From contig CM059425.1 of assembly GCA_030390025.1 (NCBI GenBank), forward strand, positions 169,634,001 to 169,698,000: a DNA stretch of 64,000 nucleotides, given 5' to 3'. A program made the translations under genes and the position numbers. Source of the DNA: Squalus acanthias (lineage: Eukaryota). Below the pieces are notes generated by a model. That model worked only from the letters and a program-made list of their open reading frames with translations, was not told the origin of the DNA and did no database searches. This document shows positions 25,702-37,545 of the stretch, in pieces. Within the stretch, counting starts at the first letter, position 1; each line of letters begins with the position of its first letter.

Positions 25702-26218
25702 GGGGGAGAAATTCGGTATCGCCCCGTTTTGGGCGCAATTATCGGCTGGGTGCAAAGTTTAGCGCCTGCCGCTAATTATCGCCTCCGACTGCAAACTTGG
25801 CTTCTATCACCCCTGGAGGTGATTGGAGCGCTAAATCAGGCGCTACACACCTCCCTTAAGGCGCTAACTCCTTCACATTGCGTTGAATCTCTCCAGAAGT
25901 CTCTCTCAGAATGCGTGGTGCAAAAATGTCACCGACAAAAAAAGGCAGGAAGCGGCCGCCTTTAAATAGCATTCCCCCAGTCCCTTCCTGACTGGAAACG
26001 TTCCCCTCAACCTGTCATTGCTAGCAGCAGGCGGAAAGGCAGAGGGCGCCACTCAATATCCGGTCCGGGGCGCTACCGGGGCGTTGCACGCTCGACTGAC
26101 GTCACGATCTGCGGGCGTGGTAGTAGTGTTTAGCGCCGCCGCAAAATGTCTGGTCAATTTCGTGAGCAACCCTCTTAGGGCGCTAACAGGAGGCGCAAAG
26201 CAACCGTATTTTCCCCCC
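25702..26218. mobile_element. Harbinger MITE (C), 517 bp
   Basis: TIRs GGGGGAGAAATTCGGT / rc GGGGGGAAAATACGGT; TSD TAT; deletion relative of 27511-28403. Confidence 0.9.
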
Positions 26219-27510
26219 TATGACTTGGAACCTAAGAACACACCCAGCTGAAGGAGAACTGCTTATTTAACGGATCTGACATTGAACTCGGTAAATACAC
26301 TTTGTGTAGTTTTTTTTATCCTTAGGCACTGAATTGCATTCCTGTGGTGTGACATATCTGTAGCTAATGGTGGGAGATATTTTATTTCACCCTATGAACC
26401 TCACAGATTAATTCCATTCAACCTCCCGTTGAACTTAACAGAATTGAAATTGTGAAGCACTGAACATTGTCTGGATTAATTTTTACTTAAAAAAAAATCT
26501 TAAGAACAATGTCATTGGAAAACATAATTAAACAGCTACTTGCGAGTGCTTGGCTTTTATAACTGTCTTTAGGAACTAACCCTAATAATGTTGCCACATT
26601 TTTGATTAACAGGCATTTCAACGTAACATACGCATACCGCTGTTTCTGTCTGCAGAGCAGCACAGCCATGCTTGACCTTGCCTTGAACCCTGCATGGTTT
26701 GATGAACCTTACTTTACCCACTGTTTTTTAAGAAGCCTGCCTGTCTATGTCATGAGTGACATGTTCTATTTTTCAGAAAATAATTTTGACAATCTCACCA
26801 GGAGTCAGAGATTCTGCATCTGGTGGTAAATACAATCAACTAGTCTACTCAACTATAACCCATATGGGATTTGGTATCATTTGTGTTCCTTATTTTTAAA
26901 TTCAGATAGTAAAATTAACTTTTGCCTGGGGTTATTTGAGCAAGATCTGTATTATATAAAAAAAATCTGTTTTCTTATTCATTGTCAATTCATTGTACTT
27001 TCACACTGAGCTGTTCTAAAATGGACTGACCTTTAGTTTATATTCTGCTGTTAAAGTTAAGAGTATTTCAGGTTGTGGCCTTCATCACAGACATATTCTG
27101 GAAACAGGAAACTAAGGGGCAGTGACATCATCATACCACCTCAATTGGTCTGCTCTGCAAATTTTATAAAATTAAGAAAAATGGTGTGAAAATCGCTGCG
27201 GGCAAAGGTCACACGGCAACAGATTGCAGTGCCGGCGTTTCCTCAGCATCCATCTGGTCTTGGACCTATAACTGTGAGTGGCATTGAAGACTTAGTTCTG
27301 AAATGCCTGGAAGCGTTTGTGCTTGACAGCTTCTGAAGGCAAACCCCCTATTTCTACCCTTTATGCATGATCTATGTTATCATCTGTACTTCCCCCTCCC
27401 CCCCCCGCCATGCCACAAACAGTCGAAGCAAATGCTTTCCTGTGTCTGGAGAGTACAGTTATTATACACAGATCAGTTTTTCAAACAAGCTGCAATTATT
27501 TGCAATGTTT

Positions 27511-28403
27511 GGGGGAGAAATTCAGTATCGCCCCATTTGGGGCGCAATTATCAGCCGGGCGCAAAGATTAGCGCCTGGCGCTAATTATCGCCACCGACTG
27601 CAAACTTGACTTTTATCGCCTCTGGAGGTGATTGGAGCGCTATATCAGGCGCTTCACACCTGTCTTAAGGCGCAAAGGCCGAGGAGCGAGGCGCTACCTC
27701 AGAGCGCTGGCGAAGCTCATGTAATGTCAGTCAGCAATGGAACACACACACAATGGCACGGGCCAGTTCTTAAAGGGGATGGTTAATCTTGCTTTCCATC
27801 CACATCCTGCTCATTGCAGCCTTGAATCTCGGCCTGGAGAGACTTGCACATCAAATGTGCTGGAAAGAACAATGGAGAGTACCAGGCAAAGAGCTCAGAG
27901 TGCAGCCCCCACAGTCTCTGCTAAATCGATACAAGGAATGGCAAATCAAAATGAACCTGCAAAGTGCTGCTCAGTACCCAAAACTCCTTCACACAACGTT
28001 GAATCTCTCCAGAAGTCTCTCCCTCTCTCTCTCAGAATGCGTAGTTCAAAAATGGCACCAACAATAAAAGGCAGGAAGTGGTCACCTTTAAATAGCGCTC
28101 CCCCTTTCCCTTCATGACTGCAGAACGCTCCCCTCAACCTGTCGTTGCTAGCGTCAGGCGGTAAGGCAGGGGGCGCCACTCAATATCCGCTCCGGGGCGA
28201 TACCGGGGCGTTGCGCACTCGAGTGATGTCATGATCTGCCGGTGCAGGAGATCGTGGCGGTAGTGTTTAGCGCCGCCGCAAAATGTCTAGTTAATTTCGT
28301 GAGCGGCGCAAACTTCGCCGCGCCTGGGCGCTAGATGCTTTGCGCCCCATTAGCGCCATCTTAAGGCGCTAACGGGAGGCGCAACCAACTGAATTTTTCC
28401 CCC
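27511..28403. mobile_element. Non-autonomous Harbinger (B), 893 bp
   Basis: TIRs GGGGGAGAAATTCAGT / rc GGGGGAAAAATTCAGT (15/16); TSD TTT. Confidence 0.92.
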
Positions 28404-28691
28404 TTTGTGTCCTCAGTGCACCATTCTTTTTCTGTTGACAGCAAGTTTGCTATCTTCAATGGATTTGAGCTTCTTTATGTCCGCAGTTGTTTTGGCCATT
28501 CAAAAATAAACTAAGATACAGGCCTGATGCATTGGCCCCTATTTCGAAGCAAAATGGGCCACTTTAAGGGTCCAGATCTGTAGTCAAAATACAAGAAGAA
28601 ATTTCTTCATTAAAAAAATTAAAATCTCTGGTCAATTCTGTAAAGATCAAATCCCACTTCAGACCAATGCCTTCTGTGGGAAGTAGGAATC

Positions 28692-28757
28692 AAGCCCTCC
28701 AGGCAACAACATGCTTCCCCACCTTTCCCTAAAGTCATGTTGTTGCCTGGAAGGCTT
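28692..28757. repeat. 22-bp inverted repeat hairpin
   Basis: aagccctccaggcaacaacatg ... catgttgttgcctggaaggctt (21/22 complementary), 22-nt spacer. Confidence 0.85.
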
Positions 28758-29553
28758 TTTTTACTGTATTAATTCATATCAGCTTTCCATATTCTGGCAC
28801 TTTACTTCTGTTTTTGTGATTACCAGTTGACTATTACAACATACAGAGAGTGACTGGTTTCAAGTCCGGCCATCAAAATACTTGAAAATCAGCAAGTCGC
28901 AAACTTTGTCAGCCAGTGTTGATCATTAATTACCATTCGCTGCAGACACGAGCATTGCGGAGACTTTAAAACGTGAATGGGCCTGTTACTGAAGCTCTTA
29001 CTGCGACTGCTACTTTCGTATGATGGGAAAAGCCTATAATGGGATGTCTAGTTTGGCTATCCATTCGATGGCCCCCTGAGATGCCGAGTGGAAAAGTGAG
29101 GTCTTAATGCTGTTGTGTATTTTCCAGTTATGTGGATAATAACTGACACCCAGTAGTGGTTCAATTAACATCATAAACACTGAAATCTTATGATCAGACT
29201 ACTGCTTGGGCATCAATCTAGGGTATCTGTTATTTTAATAATATATATGTATAATATGATTGTAAAAATTATCAAATGGCTTTATTTAGTTATTGGTATG
29301 CTTTTATACTAAAAGCCACTCTGGAAAGTCCCATGTTGGTGATGTGTGATGGCATTTACACTGAAGGAAAAGCTCAGCCGATTGCTGGGTAATTATCACC
29401 TCAATAGATTGCTGGGTAATTCTATAGCCAAAAATATACATGTACTTTTATCACTCTACTGACTGTAACATTTACCCAACAATCTATTATGGGTTATAAT
29501 TAAATTAAATTTGAAGTCAGTAGCATAATTGCTTTGCTTACATCAAACATCAA

Positions 29554-29707
29554 GGGGAGTAAATTTCCTCAGAGCTTCTCCCACCCCAGCACCGTAACTT
29601 CGACGGAAGTGCATTGGAATTCCCATTTACATGCTTAAACGAGGTTTCTGCCGCACTTCCAGCCAAGTTATGGTGGCAGAGCAGAAGTCCGAGGAAATTC
29701 ACCCGCC
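29554..29707. mobile_element. Palindromic MITE, about 153 bp
   Basis: GGGGAGTAAATTTCCTC / rc GCGGGTGAATTTCCTC; CAA(G) duplicated on both flanks. Confidence 0.7.
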
Positions 29708-29909
29708 AAGTGCCTGCTATGGTACAAACCTCTGTCAATAAAAAGACCAAAATCATAATAAACTACCAAAACAATCTCCACACTATATAATAACACAATA
29801 TGATGTAACAAAATAATAGACATATGAGTGATTTTCAAGTTATGATTTTTCATCTGGACTATTCAAACAATGGTTAAAAACTGATCAAGTTTTACTTTTA
29901 TGCCATATC

Positions 29910-30520
29910 GAATCATAGAATCATAGAATATTACAGCACAGAAGGAAGCCATTTGGCCCATCGAGTCAGCGCCGGCTCTTTCAAAGAGCAATCCAGTTAG
30001 TCCCACTCCCCCGCTCATTCCCCATATCCCTGCAATTTTTTCTCCTTCAAGTATTTATCCAGTTCCCTTTTGAAGGCTACTATTGAATCTATATCCACCA
30101 CCCTATCAGGCAGTGCATTTCAAATCCTAACCACTCGCTGCGTAAAAAAGCTTTGCCTCATGTTGCCTCTGGTTCTTTTGCCAATCACCTTAAATCTGTG
30201 CCCTCTCGTTACCGACCCTTCAGCCATTGGAAACAGTTTCTCTTTATTTACTCTATCTAAATTCTTCATGATTTTAAACACGTCTATCAAATCACCTCTT
30301 ACCCTTCGCCAAGGAGAACAACCCCAGCTTCTCTAGTCTATCCACGTAACTGTATTCCCTCACCCCTGGAACCATTCTAGTAAATCTTTTCTGTACCCTC
30401 TCCAAAGTATTCAAGTCCTTCCTAAAGTGTGGTGCCCAGAATTGGACACAATACTCCAGCTGGAGCCAAACTAGTGTTTATATAGGTTTAGCATAACTTC
30501 CTGGCTTTTGTACTCTATGC
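29910..30520 (-). mobile_element. CR1 LINE 3' fragment
   Basis: (gaatcata)n tail; reverse complement encodes LEYCVQFWAP and FTQRVVRI-like motifs. Confidence 0.9.
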
Positions 30521-30624
30521 TCATATAAATATTTATACGAGCCCTTTGATAAGATTACTGCCTTGTAATCACTCCCAAGTATAAATAGTTCTCTGTATAG
30601 TGAGGTCTTTTGGTGGCATTTGGT

Positions 30625-31341
30625 GGTAAATAGAGAAGGTAAAACCATTCAGGTAAAACCAGCAATTTGTAATTTGTGCATACACAGATTGATCTGTTGC
30701 CCCTCTGCCCCCAATCTAGTGTCACTGGGACTAAAGTACAGATGTCAGTGTGACATGTCCCATTCCTTAGATCACAGAAAAACAAAATGGGTTCACCAGC
30801 ATGAGAACAAGTGACACTATGAATCCCTCTGATAGATTGCCCTGTCGCTAGAGGACAATGCTGAAAGGGATTTTTGGATTGGATGAATGATGTAGGTTCA
30901 TTGGGGAGTTCAGTGGTTGCTTCACAGTGGATATGGGGCCATGTCCAGTAGCTGTTCTGTTGTCCTTGCAAAATAAATTTGTATGCTATTGATGAACCTT
31001 CTTACATCCACGGAGATACTTATTCTTCTGCCACTACTTACTTTGCAGTGTTGAAGGCAACAGCAGATCAAACTTCAGCAGAAGCATTCTCAAGTAAATG
31101 AGGCGGCAATGCTGCCTCCAGAGGCACCAACACCCACCTAAAGATATATGTTTTTAAATGGGGCCTTCAGAGGCCCCAGTGGTAAATATAAAAGCTGCTG
31201 CCAGAGGAAGAGGTTGGGACATGTCACACTGACATCTGTACTTTAATCCCAGTGACACTAGATTGGGGGCAGAGGGGCAACAGATCATCCGGTGTTTGCA
31301 CAAATGACTGGTTTTACCTGAATGCCTTCTCTATTTACCTG
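30625..31341. mobile_element. Non-autonomous DNA transposon relic with roughly 125-140 bp TIRs
   Basis: 30625-30762 is the reverse complement of 31215-31339 with small indels; the right end reads cctg|ta. Confidence 0.75.
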
Positions 31342-31539
31342 TACTCAATGCTTTCTCACGAGCTGGCCTGTATGAACCATCCCAGCCACTGGGAAGCTCC
31401 AGCAGCTAGAAACAAAGCCATAGCCATGTTGTCATATAAGTACATGCAAGTATTAAAAGGACATAATTGAAGTGAATCCTTGGCCTGCACAATTTGGGAA
31501 TGCAAAGAAAATTATGGGCTGCGTGTCCACAAATTCCTG

Positions 31540-31928
31540 CGATGGAGAGATTACACAAACTAGGGTTGTATTCCCTGGAATTTGGGTTAAGGGGTAATTT
31601 GATTGAAGTTTTCAAGATATTAAGGGGAACTGATAGGGTAGATAGAGACTATTTCTGCTGGTTGAGGAGTCTAGGACTAAGGGCATAGTCTAAAAATTAG
31701 AGCCAGGCATTTCAGGAGTGAAGTTAGGAAACAAAGGTGGTAGAGGTTTGGAACTCTCTTCTGCAAATGGCAGTTGATGCTAGGTCAATTGTTAATTTTA
31801 AATCTGAGATTGATAGCGTTTTCTTAACCAAAGGTATTAAGGGACATGGGGCAAAGGCGGGTATATGGAGTTACGTCACAGATCAGTCATAATCTCATTG
31901 GCCTACTCCTGTTCCTATGTTCCTATGA
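31540..31928 (+). mobile_element. CR1 3' fragment
   Basis: ERLHKLGLYSLEF..LRGNLIEVFKI; (ttcctatg)n tail. Confidence 0.85.
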
Positions 31929-32278
31929 TGCACTCCCTGTGCTGGGAGCACCAGGATATGGAATCATCCTTACATTATTATTTGTCTGCTTTTTTTCTAC
32001 CTTTTATAAACTGCCCTTTCACAGCTCTCCCCAGAGCTCTGCTGGCAAGTGAACAGTGGATTGGAGCCATGAGGAAGCGGAAAGACTCCAGTCTGTGTTG
32101 ATCTCAGCTGGGGCAGCAGTATGGGTACTACAACTAGTCACATCACCTCGGGCTAAAGAGGGAATCCCAGTCTCCATCATTATCCAATGACTTTACCAAA
32201 AAAGACACTTGTCTGGATGTGTATGAGAAGATTAGATTTGATTGTGATTCCCCTTTCCCATGATGAAAGAAAGAAAAA

Positions 32279-32690
32279 AGACTGCATTTATACAGTGCCT
32301 TTCACGAACTCAGGATGTTCCAAAGCGCTTTACAGTCAATTAAGTACTTTTGATGTTTTGTAATATGTGGAAACGCAGCATCTAATTTGCACACAGCAAG
32401 GTCCCAGAAAGAGCAATGAGTTAATGATCAGATAATCTGTTTTTAGTGATAAATATTGTCCAGGACAACGTGGAAAACACCTCTGCTTTTCTTTGCAATA
32501 GTGCCAATTTTTTTACATCCACCTGAGAGGCAAATGGGGCCTTGGATTAACATCTCATCCAAAAGACCCCATCTCCGACGGTGTAGCGTTGGAGTGTCAG
32601 CATGGATTTTGTGCTTAAGTCTCTGGAGTGGGACTTGAAGCCACAACCTTCTGACTCAAGAGACGAGAATGCTATCTGCTGACATCTATG
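32279..32690 (-). mobile_element. DeuSINE-like SINE copy
   Basis: Colinear with 22781-23221. Confidence 0.8.
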
Positions 32691-33917
32691 ATAAACAGCC
32701 TGCCAGCACTGACTACCTAGACTCATACTTGAAGAATGGCCACTTGGGCAAAGTACAGGAGTGTAGCCACTGCCTTGAAACCGTGCCCCAGTGAGAGTCT
32801 GTGCCATCAGACTCATGAGAAAAAATTGTTACCTTGTCCTCGGTTACTGTGCTTTCAGATTCTGGCTTATATTTTCTTTTTTCCTATGTTTGTCTTTTGT
32901 CATTATCCTAGTCACGTCAACAGATGTCAATTGTTTTTCAGATTTGTGTCCCTTTCTTTTTTCTGTTTGCAGTTCTTTTTCTGCTCTTTTGCTGCGCCAC
33001 CTTCACAGCTTCCTGCAATTTAGTGAGTGGAATCAGCAGTGTTTGGAGCAGCTCCGATGACCTGCTGAGGTAAAGAATTAGGTCTGCACTGCCGTCAGCT
33101 GTTGGATTGGCTGCGATTGCTTCTGATTTCATCCACTAACAGACTGGCATCCCTGGGGTCTTGTAGCTGCCGCATGCAGAGAAGAGCCGATGGAAAAGAA
33201 AACTTCCAAATCTTCATGTGTTGACTAAAAGACATAACACACGGTTTAGTGCTGCTCTGAACAGAGGATGTTTATTCGGGGTTAGAGGCAATGGCATTTG
33301 CACTGGTCAGCAATTTAAGAATTTCTTGCTGATCTTTATTGATTTTCATATAGACCTCTTTCTTGGGAAAGCAGCCATTGCCGTACAGAAAATGGGTACG
33401 AGTAAGCTTTAGCTTCCTATAAGAAACACAATTGCAGTGTTTGAAAGCTAAATCATAAGGAGCTCGCTGTGGTGGGCTTGGGTGCAGTTGTGGTGGCACA
33501 GTCCATTCAAACTTGTTGTGCCATGGAGTAGTAGGGCGAGAGTTTGCACCTGCGATATTCCACTTGCCGAGTTTCTGATATCAGCTGTGCTGTCATGCAG
33601 AAGCACCAAGAGGAGGCCAGATGCTTCCAAACAGCTGGAAATGGAAAACTGGATGAGGAATTAGCACCCCTCACCACAGGCCACGTTCATGAATCTCCTG
33701 GTGACTGGATGGAAAGCAGCAGTGGCAGCAGCCTGGGCGCTCATGCCTGCAGCAAATACACAAAGAGTTTCAATTTCTTCTGGGTGCTGTCAACTGTAAA
33801 CAGGTTAACGGCTGTGTTGAAATATTGCAGACAAGACATTTAACACAAAAATATTTAGCCTATGTGTACAAAGGCCCCAAGTGAGCAGATGAGCGAAATT
33901 AAATAATAAATACATCA

Positions 33918-34183
33918 CCACCTGGCAAAAGAACCAGAGGGGAGATAAGGAAAAATATTTTTAAGCAGTGAGTTGTTGTGATCTGGAATGCAATGCTTGA
34001 AAGGGTGGGTGGAAGCAGATTCAATAGTAACTTTCAAAAGGGAATTGGATATATACTTGGAAATGAAAAAAAAATTGCAGGGCTACGGGGAAAGAGCAGG
34101 GGAGTGGGACTAATTGGATAGCGCTTTCAAAGAGCCGGCACAGGCATTAGCTGAATGGCCTCCTTCTGTGCTGTATCATTCTA
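33918..34183 (+). mobile_element. CR1 3' end fragment
   Basis: Matches 25440-25690 (ttgcagggctacgggga...gagccggca...atggcctccttctgtgc). Confidence 0.85.
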
Positions 34184-34250
34184 AAAACATGATATACTGC
34201 TTGGGAAGGCCCAAAATTATCACTCTCTCTCACACACAAACACACACATA

Positions 34251-36453
34251 GGGGGGAATTTTTCAGGGGGTCAGCGGGGGCGTTTGGAGGTGGGTCGGCT
34301 GGGGAATTTTTTTTTGACAGCGGTAGGGAACCCACTGTCAAGCTGCCTTCACACTGGTCTCCCAGATGTCGGGTCTGTCATCGCTGAACAGACCCGACAC
34401 CAAGCGGCGGGGGAGGCAATTTACATCATTAGAGAAATTGTTAAGAGGCAATTAACTAGAATTTTATGCTTACCTTTCGATTTTTAGAGTTCACCAATGG
34501 CTTCCCCGCTGCTCGGGGATCACGTCAGGTAAGGAGCTCGGGTGTTGTGTCAGCATGGGATGATTTCTAAACTTGACAGCTGCAAATGGTCTATAAAAGC
34601 TCCCATCTCATAGCTGTTCACTTTCCAAGCTCAGAAGCTGTTGCTTACTGCATTTGGAAGACAAATTGAGCTTTATGCAGGTTGCAAGTGTTTGGAGCAA
34701 ACTCTCTATCCAGTGTCACCACATTGGAACAACCTCTCTCACCATTGACAGATTGCTTCTGGCATCTCAGCTTCATCTGCCATCTATTCCATCAGCATCG
34801 TTGCCATTGAAAAAAATCTCACCTTGGTCCTCAGAATCCCAACACAATCAGCCCCAACACCAGCAGCACCAGGCACACCAGCAGCGCCAACAACAACACC
34901 AATCTTCTCCGCAATCAGCTGGTGCTGCACAGGACACAGGGCATCAGCACCCGACCACATTGCTGCCCAGGACGCCAGGGATGGCCTCACCATGGCCACA
35001 TTTACTTCATTTGATGCTGTACACCCTGGCTGTCACATGATACGCTTGATTGGCACGCCATCCACCACTTTAAACATTCACTCCATCCATCACCGGCGTA
35101 CCGTGGCTGCAGTGTGTACCAGCTACAAGATGCACTGCAGCAGCTCGCCAAGGCTTCTTTGGCAGCACCTCCCAAACCCGTGACCTCTTCCACCTAGAAG
35201 GACAAGGGCAGCAGGCGCATGGGAACACCACCACCTCCAAGTTCCCCTCCAAGTCACATACCATCCTGACATAGAAGTATATCACTGATCCTTCATCGTC
35301 GCTGGGTCAAAATCCTGGAACTCCCTACCCAACAGCACTGTGGGAGTACCTTCACCACATGGACTGCAGCAGTTCAAGAAGGCGGCTCACCACCACCTTC
35401 TCAAGGACAATTAGGGATGGGCAATAAATGCTGGCCTTGCCAGTGACGCCCACATCCCATAAATGAATTTAAAAAAAAGGTTGGCACCACTCCACACCAA
35501 CACCATAAACATCCCTACAATGTCCAAGCCATTCCTTTCACACTCATCACCATTGCAGGGGGTACCGTTATATCTCACCATTCACTGCAACTCATTTAGC
35601 CACTTCCAAATGTGCACACAAATCTGTCCAAGAATGCAAAGTGTTGAAAATAAAGATTTCAATGCTTGACAGCACATTAACAGAAACTTCACATGAACAT
35701 TGGCTAAAACACCCAAGTGCCTACCCTTGTGTGTTGTTAGTTGGTATGATTGGACTAGGATGAGGGTGAGTGTGAGAGGTGGCTAGTGAGATGGGGAAGT
35801 GATAATGTAGATAGAGAGGGATGGGTGGAGGTGCAAGGTAAGTTGGTGTGAGTAAGAATGTGCAGTTGTAGGGTAGGAAAGGCAGAGTGATGGGGATGTG
35901 ATGAGTGGCACAGCAGGATGAGGTTGCGTGTGGCTTTGCAGTAACGTTTCGTGATTTACTGAGATCATTGAAAGATTTGCGCCACTGCAGCCTGGTCCTC
36001 CTGACGACATCCCTGCTTGTGTCCTCTTGTGCAATGTGCAACCAGGCTGCATTGGTCTCTTGTGCCCTTGGGAAGGGAAGAGAACCTCCCTGGGTGCTGT
36101 GACTCCCTTCATAAGCATATGGAGGGAGTCATGGGAGAGCCTGGGTGCAGCCGTGCACCTCTGTGCAGTGCTTGTCAGTGTTTGCAGCACCTCAATGCTG
36201 TGGAACACTGACAGCAGAACTGGCAAAATCAATTTGCGCATGGTCCCTTTAAGGAAACTGGCTGATGATGCGTCATCAAATGACGTCATCAGACATGCTT
36301 CCTTCAATTGGCCGGGAAACGCGCTGGGCGGGCTTAACAAGCCCAATCAGCGTAAAATTCTTTTCACAGAGCGGGCTGGAGCCAGCAGCAGGGTCGCACC
36401 CCGCCACCGACCCCTGCCGCACCGGACCCGCTGAGGTTGGGGAAATCGCAGCC
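34251..36453. mobile_element. Non-autonomous Harbinger derivative (E), sister of D, with a LINE insertion
   Basis: Same ends as D; TSD ATA at 34248-34250 and 36454-36456. Confidence 0.9.
35043..35478 (+). mobile_element. 3' end of the second LINE family inserted in E
   Basis: RLIGTPSTTLNIHSIHH; A-rich tail; absent from D at the same point (about 15657). Confidence 0.9.
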
Positions 36454-36489
36454 ATAGACATTTTTCTACACACATCCCTTAAGTATAAT

Positions 36490-37105
36490 GGCCTTGAAAT
36501 TGCGGTCGGAGGCTTCCCGTGGGCGAATGCCTCCGATCCGCAAGAAAAGTACGCACCTACCTGGTGCCTCCGTATCTTGAGACTCTTGCAGTCCTGGGCC
36601 TGCAGGCGCATGCATGCGGTTCGCAAGCGTCCCTGGGATCACGTGGGCCGACCCAACCAATCGCAAAGGGGGATTCCCATTATGCTTATGGGGATTCCAT
36701 TTACGTATGGAATCCCCATTAGTACAAGTAGGAATGACATAAAAAACACATTTTCACACAACCTAAATAAAAATAAATCACCACATGTTTAAAATTAATT
36801 AAAATACAATTTAATTAAACATTTAAAGGAAAAATTTAATTTTTTGAAAAATATTTTAAACAATTTTAAAGGGGCCAAAAATAACCAGGCCTGAGAGTTT
36901 TGTGGGCATTCGCTGGGCAGTAGTCGGGCAAATAGCCCAACTCTGCGCCAGCGAATGTCCATTTCCTGCGCATGAGGATGATCTATCAAGCTGAAACTTG
37001 ACAGATCGTAAGTTCCAGGTTTTCGCACAGGCGCAGCACAGGCGGAAACCCGGAACTTGCGGGGCACTTACAGCCGCGTACGCACAGGCCCGAATAATCT
37101 GGGCC
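36490..37105. mobile_element. F-related MITE (G), opposite orientation to F
   Basis: ggccttgaaattgcggtcggaggc...aataatctgggcc with an AT-rich core; TSD not clean. Confidence 0.75.
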
Positions 37106-37299
37106 ATCGTTTCCCTTCCTATGTTAATAGAATACAATGTCAATGATGAAAGAACAGAAGCTGATATAGGGCCTCATCATGAGTTTATTAATAAATTGCA
37201 TTTTCTAACTCTTTACATATCAAAATGTTTCAATGTTTTTCACACAGAGTTCTTTTTAGTGCATTGGCTGTTGGCAAACACGGCAGCCATTCTGAAACA

Positions 37300-37545
37300 G
37301 CATGTACCACAAAATAGCAATTCAATAAATACCATCCAATCTGTTTTGAGGTGGTATTGTTTGAGAGAGGAATGTTGGCCAGGAGAACTTGCTTTCCTTC
37401 CATAAGTAGTGTCATGGGACCTTTAACACCATACCTGATCCACTGAAAGAGGCAGATGGGTCCTCAGTTCAACATCCCATCCTCAGGGCAACACCTCCAA
37501 GAGTGCTGCATGTTCTCTGTACCACACGAGTATCAGCCTAGATGA
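37300..37545 (-). mobile_element. Decayed DeuSINE-like fragment
   Basis: agtgtcatgggaccttta...gcagatgggtcctcagttcaacatcccatcc. Confidence 0.55.

Noticed and set aside
28692..28763. Rho-independent terminator
   Set aside because: Vertebrate genomic context; stem and loop too long.
32060..32250. LF-SINE-like fragment
   Set aside because: Only weak remembered similarity, too decayed to support.
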